64,000 bases of DNA from Candidatus Delongbacteria bacterium (lineage in GTDB: Bacteria; CAIWAD01), in contig OY760505.1 in NCBI GenBank assembly GCA_963663545.1, forward strand, positions 352,001 through 416,000, written 5' to 3'. A program made the position numbers and the translations under genes. The notes beneath the pieces are model-generated. The model was given only the letters and a program-made list of their open reading frames with translations, ran no database searches and was not told the DNA's origin. Shown here one piece after another: positions 9,925 to 19,017 of this stretch. Within the stretch, counting starts at the first letter, position 1. Each line of letters starts with the position of its first letter.

Positions 9925-10914
9925 CTACGCGACTTGGATAGTGTCCAGGATACGACGCAGCACGTCGTCCGCCTTCAGTTCCTCGGCCTCGGCCTCGTAG
10001 CTGAGTCCGATGCGGTGACGCATCACGGGCAGCGCCACCTGCTTGACGTCGTCGGGTGTCACAAAACCGCGACGACGCAGGAAGGCCATCGCGCGAGCGG
10101 CGCGGGCCAGATAAATTGTAGCACGCGGACTGGCACCGTACTCCAGCAGCGGGGCTACATCCTTCAGGCCGTAGCGTTCGGGCTCGCGAGTGCAGAAGAC
10201 CAGATCGAGGATGTAGTCTTCGACCTTCTGCTCCAGCAGAATCTGCTGAGTCAGCTCGCGGGCGGCGATGATCTTCGCCGGATCACAAACCGCGCTCACG
10301 GCGGCGGCAAAGGCGCCCGTGTTACGGCGCAGAATCTCGCGTTCCTCGTCGCGTTCGGGGTAGTCGATGAGCACTTTCAGCATGAAGCGGTCCACCTGGG
10401 CCTCGGGCAGCGGGTACGTGCCTTCTTGCTCCAGGGGGTTCTGGGTGGCCATGACCAGGAAGGGCTGCGGCAGCGGCATGGTTTCACCGCCGATGCTCAC
10501 CTGGCGCTCCTGCATGGCTTCCAAAAGCGCGCTTTGCACCTTGGCCGGGCTGCGGTTGATCTCGTCGGCCAGCACCAGATTGGCGAAGACCGGTCCTTTG
10601 CGCGTGTGGAAATCGCCGGTGCGCTGATCGTAAATCTGCGTTCCCACCAGGTCGGCGGGCAGCAGGTCGGGGGTAAACTGGATTCGCGCAAAGCTCGTGT
10701 CGATGGCCTTGGAGAGCGTGGCGATGGCCGTGGTTTTGGCCAGGCCGGGAACGCCTTCCAGCAGAATGTGGCCGTCCGCCAGCAGCCCCAGCAGCAGGCC
10801 TTCGAACATGCGGCGCTGCCCCACCAGCACCTTGCGCACTTCCTGATCCAGCTCCGTCAGAAAGCCCGAGGCTTCCTCTACGCGACGTGAAAGTTCCATG
10901 GCATCCAGTTGCAT
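9925..10914 (-). CDS. moxR: MoxR-family AAA+ ATPase
   Basis: Walker A GVPGLAKT, RIQFTPDLLPAD, DEINR, ATQNPLEQEGTYPLPEAQVDRF. Confidence 0.95.
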   Translation of the reverse strand: MQLDAMELSRRVEEASGFLTELDQEVRKVLVGQRRMFEGLLLGLLADGHILLEGVPGLAKTTAIATLSKAIDTSFARIQFTPDLLPADLVGTQIYDQRTGDFHTRKGPVFANLVLADEINRSPAKVQSALLEAMQERQVSIGGETMPLPQPFLVMATQNPLEQEGTYPLPEAQVDRFMLKVLIDYPERDEEREILRRNTGAFAAAVSAVCDPAKIIAARELTQQILLEQKVEDYILDLVFCTREPERYGLKDVAPLLEYGASPRATIYLARAARAMAFLRRRGFVTPDDVKQVALPVMRHRIGLSYEAEAEELKADDVLRRILDTIQVA

Positions 10915-10952
10915 CCTAGCACCTATCTACTTCTAAACTGTTTGTGTAATAC

Positions 10953-10976
10953 AAACAGCCCCCGGTTGGAGGCTGT
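10953..10976 (-). terminator. Putative Rho-independent terminator
   Basis: Minus strand ACAGCCTCC-AACC-GGGGGCTGT then TTG, downstream of the TPR lipoprotein gene; short U tract. Confidence 0.45.
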
Positions 10977-11025
10977 GAAAGAAATTGCAGGCTTGTGTAC
11001 GCTCTCTTGCGGCGCAAGTTCCCGC

Positions 11026-11418
11026 TCACTCGCTTTCGGAGTCCTGCAGGAAATCCACCTCGCTGATATCGCTGCCAAGATGCTGCAACTCCCACTCCGC
11101 AGACGCGCGCAGGCCCTCGTCGGCGGTGGGGTATTTACTCAGGAATTCCTGATACGCCTCACGCGCCTTCAGAGTATCCTGCAGATCATTGGCATAGATG
11201 AAGCCGATCATGAAGGCACAGCGGGAGGCCTGCTCGCTCTCAGGGCAGTTCTGCACGTGCGTCTTGAAGGCTTCCAGTGCCTCCACCAGCTTGCGATCCT
11301 GATAGTATTTCTCAGCCTGGGCGAAGAGCTGGTCGCAATCGGGCTTACTGCTGCAGGCGGCAAGCAGAACCAATCCGCACAAGAGCACTGACAAGTGCAC
11401 CAAACGCTTCCGAATCAT
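11026..11418 (-). CDS. Small TPR lipoprotein
   Basis: ATG 11418 with RBS GGGAGA, lipobox LLAAC, TPR pattern A.KYY...EALEAF...P.S..A.RCAFMIG...AREAYQEFLSKYP. Confidence 0.8.
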   Translation of the reverse strand: MIRKRLVHLSVLLCGLVLLAACSSKPDCDQLFAQAEKYYQDRKLVEALEAFKTHVQNCPESEQASRCAFMIGFIYANDLQDTLKAREAYQEFLSKYPTADEGLRASAEWELQHLGSDISEVDFLQDSESE

Positions 11419-11524
11419 GACATCTCCCGTTCTTTCACGAAGCCATGCCGATCCCCATGCCGGGGCGGACGGAGGTCCAAGATACAAAAGATGAGCAGAG
11501 GGGAAAACAGCCGTGATACAACGC

Positions 11525-11700
11525 CCCTCCCATCGGTATCGGTATCGCTGCCGACGCCCAAGGCGTCGGATCGGTATCGGTGCCGACGCCCAAGGCGCCA
11601 GGCCGACTCTTCGAGTCGGATCGGGATCGAAATCGACTTCGGAGTCGCAATCGGAAGGAAGAGAATCACTCTCGCCAAGCACGCGAAGCACGCAAAGAAG
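11525..11700. repeat. Intergenic REP-like cluster of ATCGGT/ATCGGG iterations and short hairpins
   Basis: CCGACGCC-CAA-GGCGTCGG plus a second imperfect copy, CCGACTC-TTC-GAGTCGG at 11603-11619, and a CACGCGAAGCACGCAAAG iteration. Confidence 0.7.
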
Positions 11701-11837
11701 AAAGTGACGGTTCAAGAGCGCTGTATGAGAGTAGGAGCTAGCTGAAATGCGATTGCTCAAAACTCGCCAAGAAAAGGATGGTTGAGCGGTTTCGGTCAGT
11801 AACAAAGCAACCTTCACCCAGTAACCAGGGGCGTAAC

Positions 11838-11870
11838 AAAACCCCCGACGGCACACGGTGCCATCGGGGG
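11838..11870 (-). terminator. Rho-independent terminator closing the FGE array
   Basis: Minus strand CCCCCGATGGCAC-CGT-GTGCCGTCGGGGG followed by TTTTGTT. Confidence 0.8.
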
Positions 11871-11913
11871 CAAGAATCGTTCTCTCAAGAACCAAGGGGA
11901 CAAAACCCAAGGG

Positions 11914-13128
11914 TCAAAACACCGTGCGGGCGGCGCGGAAACCCACGCTGCCGGACGTGTACGTCGGGTAGTTGTCGATGTGGGGCGCACACCGAACGTA
12001 CGCGGCATCGTTGTACCAGCCGCCACCCCGAAGCACACGGGTGGAGCCGCCTGTAATTCCGTATGGGTCAGATTGAGTGGAGCTGCTGTAGCTCCCATAC
12101 CAATCACCGCACCACTCCCAGACATTGCCCGCCAGGTCGTAGAAACCACGACCCGTCGCAGGATAACTGCCCACAGGGGTGGACCAGCCCACACAGTAGT
12201 TGTAGTTCAACCGCTCGCAGGTCGGCAACTCACTACCCCAGGGGTACTCTCTCTCATCGTCCCACTGGGCGGCGTACTCCCACTCCGCCTCCGTGGGTAG
12301 GCGGTAGCCCTGGGCGAGATAGGGATCATGGCTGGCGCTTTGATTCCAGTTGCCCTGGTAGAATGCTGGCAGACCTTCCATCAGACTGCGCCAGTCGCAG
12401 TAGCAGGCGGCACCGCACCAGCTGACTTCGATCGCCGGGTGATCGGCCGGGTCGTAGCCGTCCGGGTAGGCAAAGCCGGGTCCCCAGGTGCCATTGTTGT
12501 ACGTACGCGCCACCAGGTAGAACTGCTGGGTGCCCGTGTTAAAGGCGATCTCGCAGTAGTTGGTGTCATCCAGATCGAACAGCTCTACCCCGTAGGCCTG
12601 CACGCTGCTGCTGCTGGCGCTCACCAGGCCCTGGCCGAGCGCCCACTGCAGGGCGTCCATGTACTCCGCGTTGGTCACTTCGTGGGCGTCTAGGTAGAAG
12701 TCGTGGGTCAGGTGTACCGTGTGTTCGGGTGTGATTACACCAGCCTGCCCCATCATGAAGCTGCCGGCGGGAACGAGCACCATGTCCTCCGGAGCCATTG
12801 CTTCCGCATCAACACGCACCACCGCATTCTCGTGATACACACTGCCCAGCCAGGCCTGCAGGTTGATGCTGGCGAAGTGTTCTCCGACGAGCATCTCGCC
12901 GAAGTCGCCCCCAAGGTACGGGTCGGGAACGGCCGTGAAGCTCACGCCTCCGTCCAGGGAGAGCAGCAGGCTGATGTTCGCGTCCTGGTCCGCCAGCCGG
13001 TAGTGCACCTGCAGCCAGCCGGGCGTGTTGCTGTCCTGGTAAAAACTTACCTCAGACACCGTCTGCGCCGCCACGAAACCTGCCAGCAGCAGCGTCCACA
13101 GCAGGGCGATCATTGTACTCCTGTTCAT
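11914..13128 (-). CDS. Secreted Ig-like + FGE-sulfatase (C-type-lectin fold) protein, copy A1
   Basis: Signal peptide, EVTN, RLPTEAEWEYAA, YPWG, DLAGNVWEWC, RGG.W and GFR motifs. Lacks the catalytic CxxxxC of true FGE. Confidence 0.9.
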   Translation of the reverse strand: MNRSTMIALLWTLLLAGFVAAQTVSEVSFYQDSNTPGWLQVHYRLADQDANISLLLSLDGGVSFTAVPDPYLGGDFGEMLVGEHFASINLQAWLGSVYHENAVVRVDAEAMAPEDMVLVPAGSFMMGQAGVITPEHTVHLTHDFYLDAHEVTNAEYMDALQWALGQGLVSASSSSVQAYGVELFDLDDTNYCEIAFNTGTQQFYLVARTYNNGTWGPGFAYPDGYDPADHPAIEVSWCGAACYCDWRSLMEGLPAFYQGNWNQSASHDPYLAQGYRLPTEAEWEYAAQWDDEREYPWGSELPTCERLNYNYCVGWSTPVGSYPATGRGFYDLAGNVWEWCGDWYGSYSSSTQSDPYGITGGSTRVLRGGGWYNDAAYVRCAPHIDNYPTYTSGSVGFRAARTVF

Positions 13129-13137
13129 CTTCCCCCC

Positions 13138-13812
13138 CTACTTCAGCAAAGTGATTTTGTGCTGGGCGACACAATCACCCGCCTGCAGACGTACGATGTA
13201 GATGCCGCTGGCCAGCGCGCTTCCGATAAAGAGCGCCTGGTGCTCGCCGCTGTTCTGCAGGCCGTGATACAAGTCCGCCACCCTCTGTCCACGCAGGTTG
13301 TAAACGCAAAGGGAAGTCTCCTCCGTCTGCGCCAGCACATAGTGGATCACCGTGCCGGGGTTGAAGGGATTGGGGTGTGCGCCCAGCAGCGCAAAACTGG
13401 CTGGCTGCTCATCGGCGGAAGCAACGGCCTCTTCGATCACCTCGAACTCCGTCGACCAGAGCTCGCCTACATTGCCGCAGGCGTCCTGTACGTGAAAGTG
13501 AAACTGGTAGAAGCCCAGCTCCAGCTCGCAGGGCCAGTCGAAGTTGGCGCCGTAGCCCAGGGTCGTGTGCATGGGAACGCTGAGGCCAGCGCCCTCGGCA
13601 GTAATCGTGACCAGCGGCGCTTGCGCGCTCTGATCCGTCACACTGTATTCGACATAGATATCGGTGCCTTGGACGATCTGCGCGTCCAGCACGCTGTCCA
13701 GCGAAACCTGCGGCGCGACGGTGTCAATGACGCCGGGTGCGCTGTCGGCATAGCTGGCAAAAAGGGACGGGCAAGCGAGAAGGCTCGCCAGCACCAGAGT
13801 GCGGTAGTACAT
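13138..13812 (-). CDS. Secreted Ig-like protein with T9SS/FlgD-like CTD, partner B1
   Basis: Signal peptide, IDTVAPQV, FHVQDACGN and PNPFNP...VYNLRGQRV...LASGIY...LLK. Confidence 0.85.
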   Translation of the reverse strand: MYYRTLVLASLLACPSLFASYADSAPGVIDTVAPQVSLDSVLDAQIVQGTDIYVEYSVTDQSAQAPLVTITAEGAGLSVPMHTTLGYGANFDWPCELELGFYQFHFHVQDACGNVGELWSTEFEVIEEAVASADEQPASFALLGAHPNPFNPGTVIHYVLAQTEETSLCVYNLRGQRVADLYHGLQNSGEHQALFIGSALASGIYIVRLQAGDCVAQHKITLLK

Positions 13813-13907
13813 ACTCTCTCCTCGAACCTGGGGTGAATCCCTGGCACACGGTGTTGTGCAGTGCTTTGTTGCTCCTGGGAATGGATGATTCTGCTATAAC
13901 TGTCCGA

Positions 13908-13922
13908 GCAAGCCGTATGCCA
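13908..13922 (-). promoter_or_regulatory. Sigma-54 -24/-12 promoter for B1-A1
   Basis: Minus strand TGGCATA-CGGC-TTGC with exact GG-N10-GC spacing. Confidence 0.75.
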
Positions 13923-14161
13923 ACGGAGCATTATCGTTTACGGGCGCTAAGTGTTTGTTCCTTGCTTTAATATTTCCTGGGTGTGTGGGCGTGGAGCGCG
14001 CGCTGGTGCCGGATCTGGTACAATCTCCCCGACAGTCCAGACACAACAGCGCAGCTGTAGCCGATGCCCGGGCAACCATCGCAGCTCCCACAGAGCGCAA
14101 CGGCAAAGGCTCGGCCAGAAGTTGTTGCTTCCATCAGGCGTGCGCGACTGCCGGACAGAGG

Positions 14162-14191
14162 CAAGCGGCCCGTCGGCTGACGGGTCGCTTG
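14162..14191 (-). terminator. Hairpin downstream of A2
   Basis: CAAGCGGCCCGTC-GGCT-GACGGGTCGCTTG; homologous to hairpins at 16466 and 18776. Confidence 0.65.
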
Positions 14192-14229
14192 ATTTTTCTT
14201 GCGGGCCATGCCCGGCATGTGATACAAGA

Positions 14230-15468
14230 TCAGGGATTGGCGGTACGGCAGACGCGGAAGCCCACGTGGCCGCTCGTGCGCGACGGGGAGTAGTGGCCGT
14301 CGCGATACGCACACCGGACGTACTCGGCAGCGTGGTTCCAGCTGCCACCCCGAATCACGCGGTAGGAGCTGCTCGATATTCCGTATGGATTCGACTGTGC
14401 CGAACTGCTATAGTTGCCATACCAATCACCGCACCACTCCCCGACATTGCCCGCCAGGTCATAAAACCCGCGGCCAGATGGCGGATAGCTGCCTACGGGC
14501 GAGGTCCAGCCCACGCAGTAGCTGCTGCCGTTGTAGTAGTTCAGCAACGCGCAGTCGGGTGGTTCATTACCCCAGGGATAGCTGCGTTCGTCGTTCCACT
14601 GTGCCGCGTACTCCCACTCGGCCTCCGTGGGCAGGCGATAGCCCTGCGCCGTGTATGGATCATGGCTGGCCGACTGATTCCAGTTGCCCTGGTAGAATGC
14701 CGGCAGACCCTCCATCAAACTGCGCCAGTCGCAATAGCAGGCTGCCCCGTACCAGCTCACTTCCTTCACCGGGTGATCGGCCGGGTCATAGCCGCCGGGG
14801 TAGGCAAAGCCAGGACCCGAGAAGCCGCTGGTGTACGAGCGTGCCACCAGATAGAACTGCTGGGTATTGGTGTTGAAGCCGATCTCGCAAAAGCTCGTGG
14901 CATACAGGTCAAGCAGCTCTACCCCGTAGGCCTGCACGCTGCTGCTGGTTACGCTAACCAGCCCCTGGTTGAACGCCCACTGCATCGCGGCCAGATACTC
15001 GGCGTTGGTCACTTCATGGGTATCCAGGTAAAAATCTTGCGTCAGCGTGACTGTGTGTTCGGGTGTGGCCACATCAGAATCAGACTCGCCCATCACGAAG
15101 CTTCCGGCGGGAACGAGGATCATGCTCACCAGAGCCGCCGCTTCCGCATCAACACGCACCACCGCATTCTCGTGATACACGCTGCCCAGCCAGGCCTGCA
15201 GGTTGATGCTGGCGAAGTGTTCGCCGACGAGCATCTCGCCGAAGTCGCCCCCGAGGTACTGGTCGGGAACGGCCGTGAAGCTCACGCCGCCGTCCAGGGA
15301 GAGCAGCAGGCTGATATTCGCATCCTGCTCTGCCAGCGTGTAATGCACCGTCACTAGCCCGCTGCCGTCCTGCGCCTGAGCAAAGCTCACATCTGACACC
15401 GTTTGCGCCGCAGCAAAGCCTGCCAGCAATAGCGTCCACAGCAGGGCGATCATTGTATTTCGATTCAT
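14230..15468 (-). CDS. Secreted Ig-like + FGE-sulfatase protein, copy A2
   Basis: Paralogue of A1 with the same motifs. Confidence 0.9.
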   Translation of the reverse strand: MNRNTMIALLWTLLLAGFAAAQTVSDVSFAQAQDGSGLVTVHYTLAEQDANISLLLSLDGGVSFTAVPDQYLGGDFGEMLVGEHFASINLQAWLGSVYHENAVVRVDAEAAALVSMILVPAGSFVMGESDSDVATPEHTVTLTQDFYLDTHEVTNAEYLAAMQWAFNQGLVSVTSSSVQAYGVELLDLYATSFCEIGFNTNTQQFYLVARSYTSGFSGPGFAYPGGYDPADHPVKEVSWYGAACYCDWRSLMEGLPAFYQGNWNQSASHDPYTAQGYRLPTEAEWEYAAQWNDERSYPWGNEPPDCALLNYYNGSSYCVGWTSPVGSYPPSGRGFYDLAGNVGEWCGDWYGNYSSSAQSNPYGISSSSYRVIRGGSWNHAAEYVRCAYRDGHYSPSRTSGHVGFRVCRTANP

Positions 15469-15477
15469 GCTTTCCCC

Positions 15478-16152
15478 CTACTTCAGCAAAGTGATTTTCT
15501 GCTGGGCCACGCGCTCGCCCGCCTGCAGACGTACGATGTAGATGCCGCTGGCCAGCGCGCTGCCGTCAAAGAGCGCCTGGTGCTCGCCGCTGTCCTGCAG
15601 GCCGTGGTACAATTCCGCCACACGCTGACCGCGCAGGTTGTAGACCTCGAGCGAAGCCTCGGCGGTCTGCGCCAGTGCGTAGCGAATCACCGTGCCGGGG
15701 TTGAAGGGGTTGGGATGCGCGCCCAACAGCGCAAAGCTGGCCGGCTGCTCATCGGCGGAAGCAACGGCCTCTTCGATCACCTCGAACTCCGTCGACCAGA
15801 GCTCGCCTACATTGCCGCAGGCGTCCTGTACGTGAAAGTGAAACTGGTAGATGCCCAGCTCTAGCTCACAGGGCCAGTTGAAGTTGGCGCCGTAGCCCAG
15901 GGTTGTGTGCATGGGAACGCTGAGGCCAGCGCCCTCGGCTGTAATTGTGACCAGCGGCGCTTGCGCGCTCTGGTCTGTCACGCTGTACTCAACGTAGACG
16001 TCGGTGCCGTAGACGATCTGCGCGTCCAGCACGCTGTCCAGCGAAACCTGTGGCGCAACGGTGTCAATGACGCCGGGTGCGCTGTCGGCATAGCTGGCAA
16101 AAAGGGACGGGCAGGCGAGAAGGCTCGCCAGCACCAAAGTGCGGTAGTACAT
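15478..16152 (-). CDS. Secreted Ig-like + CTD partner B2
   Basis: Near-identical to B1, 224 aa from ATG 16152. Confidence 0.85.
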   Translation of the reverse strand: MYYRTLVLASLLACPSLFASYADSAPGVIDTVAPQVSLDSVLDAQIVYGTDVYVEYSVTDQSAQAPLVTITAEGAGLSVPMHTTLGYGANFNWPCELELGIYQFHFHVQDACGNVGELWSTEFEVIEEAVASADEQPASFALLGAHPNPFNPGTVIRYALAQTAEASLEVYNLRGQRVAELYHGLQDSGEHQALFDGSALASGIYIVRLQAGERVAQQKITLLK

Positions 16153-16250
16153 ACTCTCTCCTCGAATCCGTGCGAATCCCTCACAGTGGCGCTGCGGCAG
16201 GATTCTGTGTTTGCTGAAAACGAAATCTGATTTTGCTGCTACGCTTGATT

Positions 16251-16265
16251 GCAAGCTTCATACCA
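16251..16265 (-). promoter_or_regulatory. Sigma-54 promoter for B2-A2
   Basis: Minus strand TGGTATG-AAGC-TTGC. Confidence 0.7.
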
Positions 16266-16460
16266 ATTCCTGCAATGCGTGCCGGAATTGGCAACTGTTA
16301 TAATTCCAAGTAGATGCTTCGCTAATTCGGTGTTGCAGAAATGCAAGTGTGCCGGATACGCGACAGAAGTACAGAACAGCGCGAACACTATTACGCCTGC
16401 GGCGGGAATGGGACACGGCTTTGGAGGGTGGACCGATTCAGGTGCCTTGTCTGTGCACAC

Positions 16461-16493
16461 AAAGAAAGCGACCCGCCGACTAACGGGTCGCTT
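16461..16493 (-). terminator. Rho-independent terminator downstream of A3
   Basis: Minus strand AAGCGACCCG...CGGGTCGCTT followed by TCTTT. Confidence 0.7.
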
Positions 16494-16532
16494 GATTTTC
16501 CTTGCGGGCCATGCCCGGCATGTGATACAAGA

Positions 16533-17753
16533 TCAGGGATTGGCCGTACGGCAGACGCGGAAGCCCACTTGGTAGCTCATTCCATTCGGGCTGTTGCCAT
16601 TGCGGTACGCACACCGGACGTACGTGGCAGAGCTGCTCCAGGCTCCACCTCGACGCACGCGAGCATTAATGCCATCAATTCCGTATGGATTGGATTGAGG
16701 GGAGCTGCTGTAGCTTCCAAACCAATCTCCGCACCACTCATAGAGATTGCCCGCCATGTCGCAGAAGCCAAGGTCTGTAGCCGGATAACTGCCCACCGGG
16801 GTGGTCCAGGCCACACAGTTGTTGTAGTTCAACCGCTCGCAGATCGGCAAGTCATTGCCCCAGGGGTATTCTCTATTATCGTCCCACTGGGCGGCGTACT
16901 CCCACTCTGCCTCCGTGGGTAGGCGGTAGCCCAGGGCCAGATAAGGATCATGGCTCAGGTCTTGATTCCAGTTGCCCTGGTAGAAGGCGGGTAGGCCATC
17001 CATCAGGCTGCGCCAGTCGCAATAGCAGGCGGCGCCGAACCAGCTGACTTCCTTCACCGGGTGATTAGCCGGGTCGTAGCCGTCGGGATAGGCAACGCCG
17101 GGCCCCCATAAGCCACCGCTCGTGCGCGCAACCAGATAGAACTGCTGGATGCTGGCATCGAAGGCAATCTCGCAGTAGTCGGTAGCGTTCAGGTCCAGCA
17201 GCTGCTTACCATAGGCCTGCACGCTGCTGCTGCTGGCGGTCACCAGGCCCTGGTTGTACGCCCACTGCAGCGCGGCCAGGTACTCGGCATTGGTCACCTC
17301 GCAGCGTCCCAGGTAGAAGTCGTTCGTTAGTGTGACCTGATGCTCAGGTGATGAAAAATATATGCCCTCCTGCCCCATCATGTAGCTGCCGGCGGGAACG
17401 AGGATCATGCTCACCAGAGCCGCCGCTTCCGCATCAACACGCACCACCGCATTCTCGTGATACACGCTGCCCAGCCAGGCCTGCAGGTTGATGCTGGCGA
17501 AGTGTTCTCCGACGAGCATCTCGCCGAAGTCGCCCCCAAGGTACTGGTCGGGAACGGCCGTGAAGCTCACGCCTCCGTCCAGGGAGAGCAGCAGGCTGAT
17601 GTTCGCGTCCTGGTCCGCCAGCCGGTAGTGCACCTGTAGCCAGCCGGGTGTGGTACTGTCCTGATAAAAGCCCACTTCCGACACGGTTTGCGCCATCGTG
17701 ACACACGCCATCAGCAGTCCGAGCAGCAGGGCGATGCAGGTAGTCTTCTTCAT
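16533..17753 (-). CDS. Secreted Ig-like + FGE-sulfatase protein, copy A3
   Basis: Paralogue of A1 and A2. Confidence 0.9.
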   Translation of the reverse strand: MKKTTCIALLLGLLMACVTMAQTVSEVGFYQDSTTPGWLQVHYRLADQDANISLLLSLDGGVSFTAVPDQYLGGDFGEMLVGEHFASINLQAWLGSVYHENAVVRVDAEAAALVSMILVPAGSYMMGQEGIYFSSPEHQVTLTNDFYLGRCEVTNAEYLAALQWAYNQGLVTASSSSVQAYGKQLLDLNATDYCEIAFDASIQQFYLVARTSGGLWGPGVAYPDGYDPANHPVKEVSWFGAACYCDWRSLMDGLPAFYQGNWNQDLSHDPYLALGYRLPTEAEWEYAAQWDDNREYPWGNDLPICERLNYNNCVAWTTPVGSYPATDLGFCDMAGNLYEWCGDWFGSYSSSPQSNPYGIDGINARVRRGGAWSSSATYVRCAYRNGNSPNGMSYQVGFRVCRTANP

Positions 17754-17766
17754 TTCTCTTCCCCCC

Positions 17767-18441
17767 CTACTTCAGCAAAGTGATTTTGTGCTGGGCCACG
17801 CGCTCGCCCGCCTGCAGCCGTACGATGTAGATGCCGCTGGCCAGCGCGCTGCCGTCGAAAAAGACCTGGTGCTCGCCGCTGTCCTGCAGGCCGTGATACA
17901 AGTCCGCCACCCGCTGTCCACGCAGGTTGTAGACGCAGAGGGAAGTCTCCTCCGTCTGCGCCAGCGCATAGTGGATTACCGTGCCTGGGTTGAAGGGGTT
18001 GGGATGTGCTCCCAACAGCGCAAAACTGGCTGGCTGCTCATCGGCGGAAGCAACGGCCTCTTCGATCACCTCGAACTCTGTCGACCACGTGTCACAGAAG
18101 TTGCCGCAGGCGTCCTGTACGTGAAAGTGAAACTGGTAAATGCCTAGCTCCAGCTCGCAGGGCCAGTTGAAGTTGGCGCCGTAGCCCAGGGTTGTGTGCA
18201 TGGGAACGCTGAGGCCAGCGCCCTCGGCAGTAATTGTGACCAGCGGCGCTTGCGCGCTCTGATCCGTCACGCTGTACTCAACGTAGACGTCGGTGCCTTG
18301 GACGAGCTGCGCGTCCAGCACGCTGTCCAGCGAAACCTGCGGTGCGACGGTGTCAATGACGCCGGGTGCGCTGTCGGCATAGCTGGCAAAAAGGGACGGG
18401 CAGGCGAGAAGGCAAGCAAGCATCAACGTGCGAACAGTCAT
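17767..18441 (-). CDS. Secreted Ig-like + CTD partner B3
   Basis: Near-identical to B1, 224 aa from ATG 18441 with RBS GAGGAG. Confidence 0.85.
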   Translation of the reverse strand: MTVRTLMLACLLACPSLFASYADSAPGVIDTVAPQVSLDSVLDAQLVQGTDVYVEYSVTDQSAQAPLVTITAEGAGLSVPMHTTLGYGANFNWPCELELGIYQFHFHVQDACGNFCDTWSTEFEVIEEAVASADEQPASFALLGAHPNPFNPGTVIHYALAQTEETSLCVYNLRGQRVADLYHGLQDSGEHQVFFDGSALASGIYIVRLQAGERVAQHKITLLK

Positions 18442-18535
18442 GATCACTCCTCGATTCCGCACAGTCTTACACCTAGCTGTAGGCTGCGGTGAATGCTGTT
18501 GTAGGTTATAGATCGATTTTGCTGAAGCGCAGAGC

Positions 18536-18550
18536 GCAAATGATGTGCCA
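18536..18550 (-). promoter_or_regulatory. Sigma-54 promoter for B3-A3
   Basis: Minus strand TGGCACA-TCAT-TTGC. Confidence 0.78.
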
Positions 18551-18849
18551 TTTTCGTCACACACCTTCGCGTTTGAACAATTGTTCAAATTTCAAGCAGA
18601 TAGCAACCAGAGAATTGAGGAAGAAAAGGCCTCGTGTGCCGGATTTTCTACAGAATTAGGCTCAGACTGAACAATATTTCGCGAACCTTTCCATTGCTTG
18701 GTGGATATCGAGCCAGAATGCCGAAGCTCCATCCATGTACGCACAACGGGCACTTCTACTCGTGCACAGAGCAAGGCGACCCGCCAGCTGACGGGTCGCA
18801 GAAGGTTCGAATTCCAAAACATGAAGGCAGCCAACTGTATCCGGTCACG

Positions 18850-19003
18850 GCTGGAAGCCCCTCCCTCAGGCTTAGCCAGTCGCAATAACAGGCGGCGCCG
18901 TGCCAGCGGACTTCCTTCACCGGGTGAGAGGTGCTTCCAGAGCGCGGGTGAGCCCCGAAGCCAACAGCAGAAGCAGAGCAAACAGTGTTGTGAGCTTCCT
19001 CAT
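18850..19003 (-). pseudogene. Internally deleted remnant of an 'ALEAP'-type FGE gene
   Basis: ATG 19003 (RBS GAGGAG) gives MRKLTTLFALLLLLASGLTRALEAP, joined out of frame to the mid-FGE fragment HPVKEVRWHGAACYCDWLSLREGLPA. Confidence 0.8.
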
Positions 19004-19017
19004 GGTCTCCTCTCAAG

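Noticed and set aside
13129-13140. Poly-G tract of varying length (G5-G7) between the B and A genes as a phase-variation switch
   Set aside because: The tracts are short and non-coding and are explained as Shine-Dalgarno sequences.
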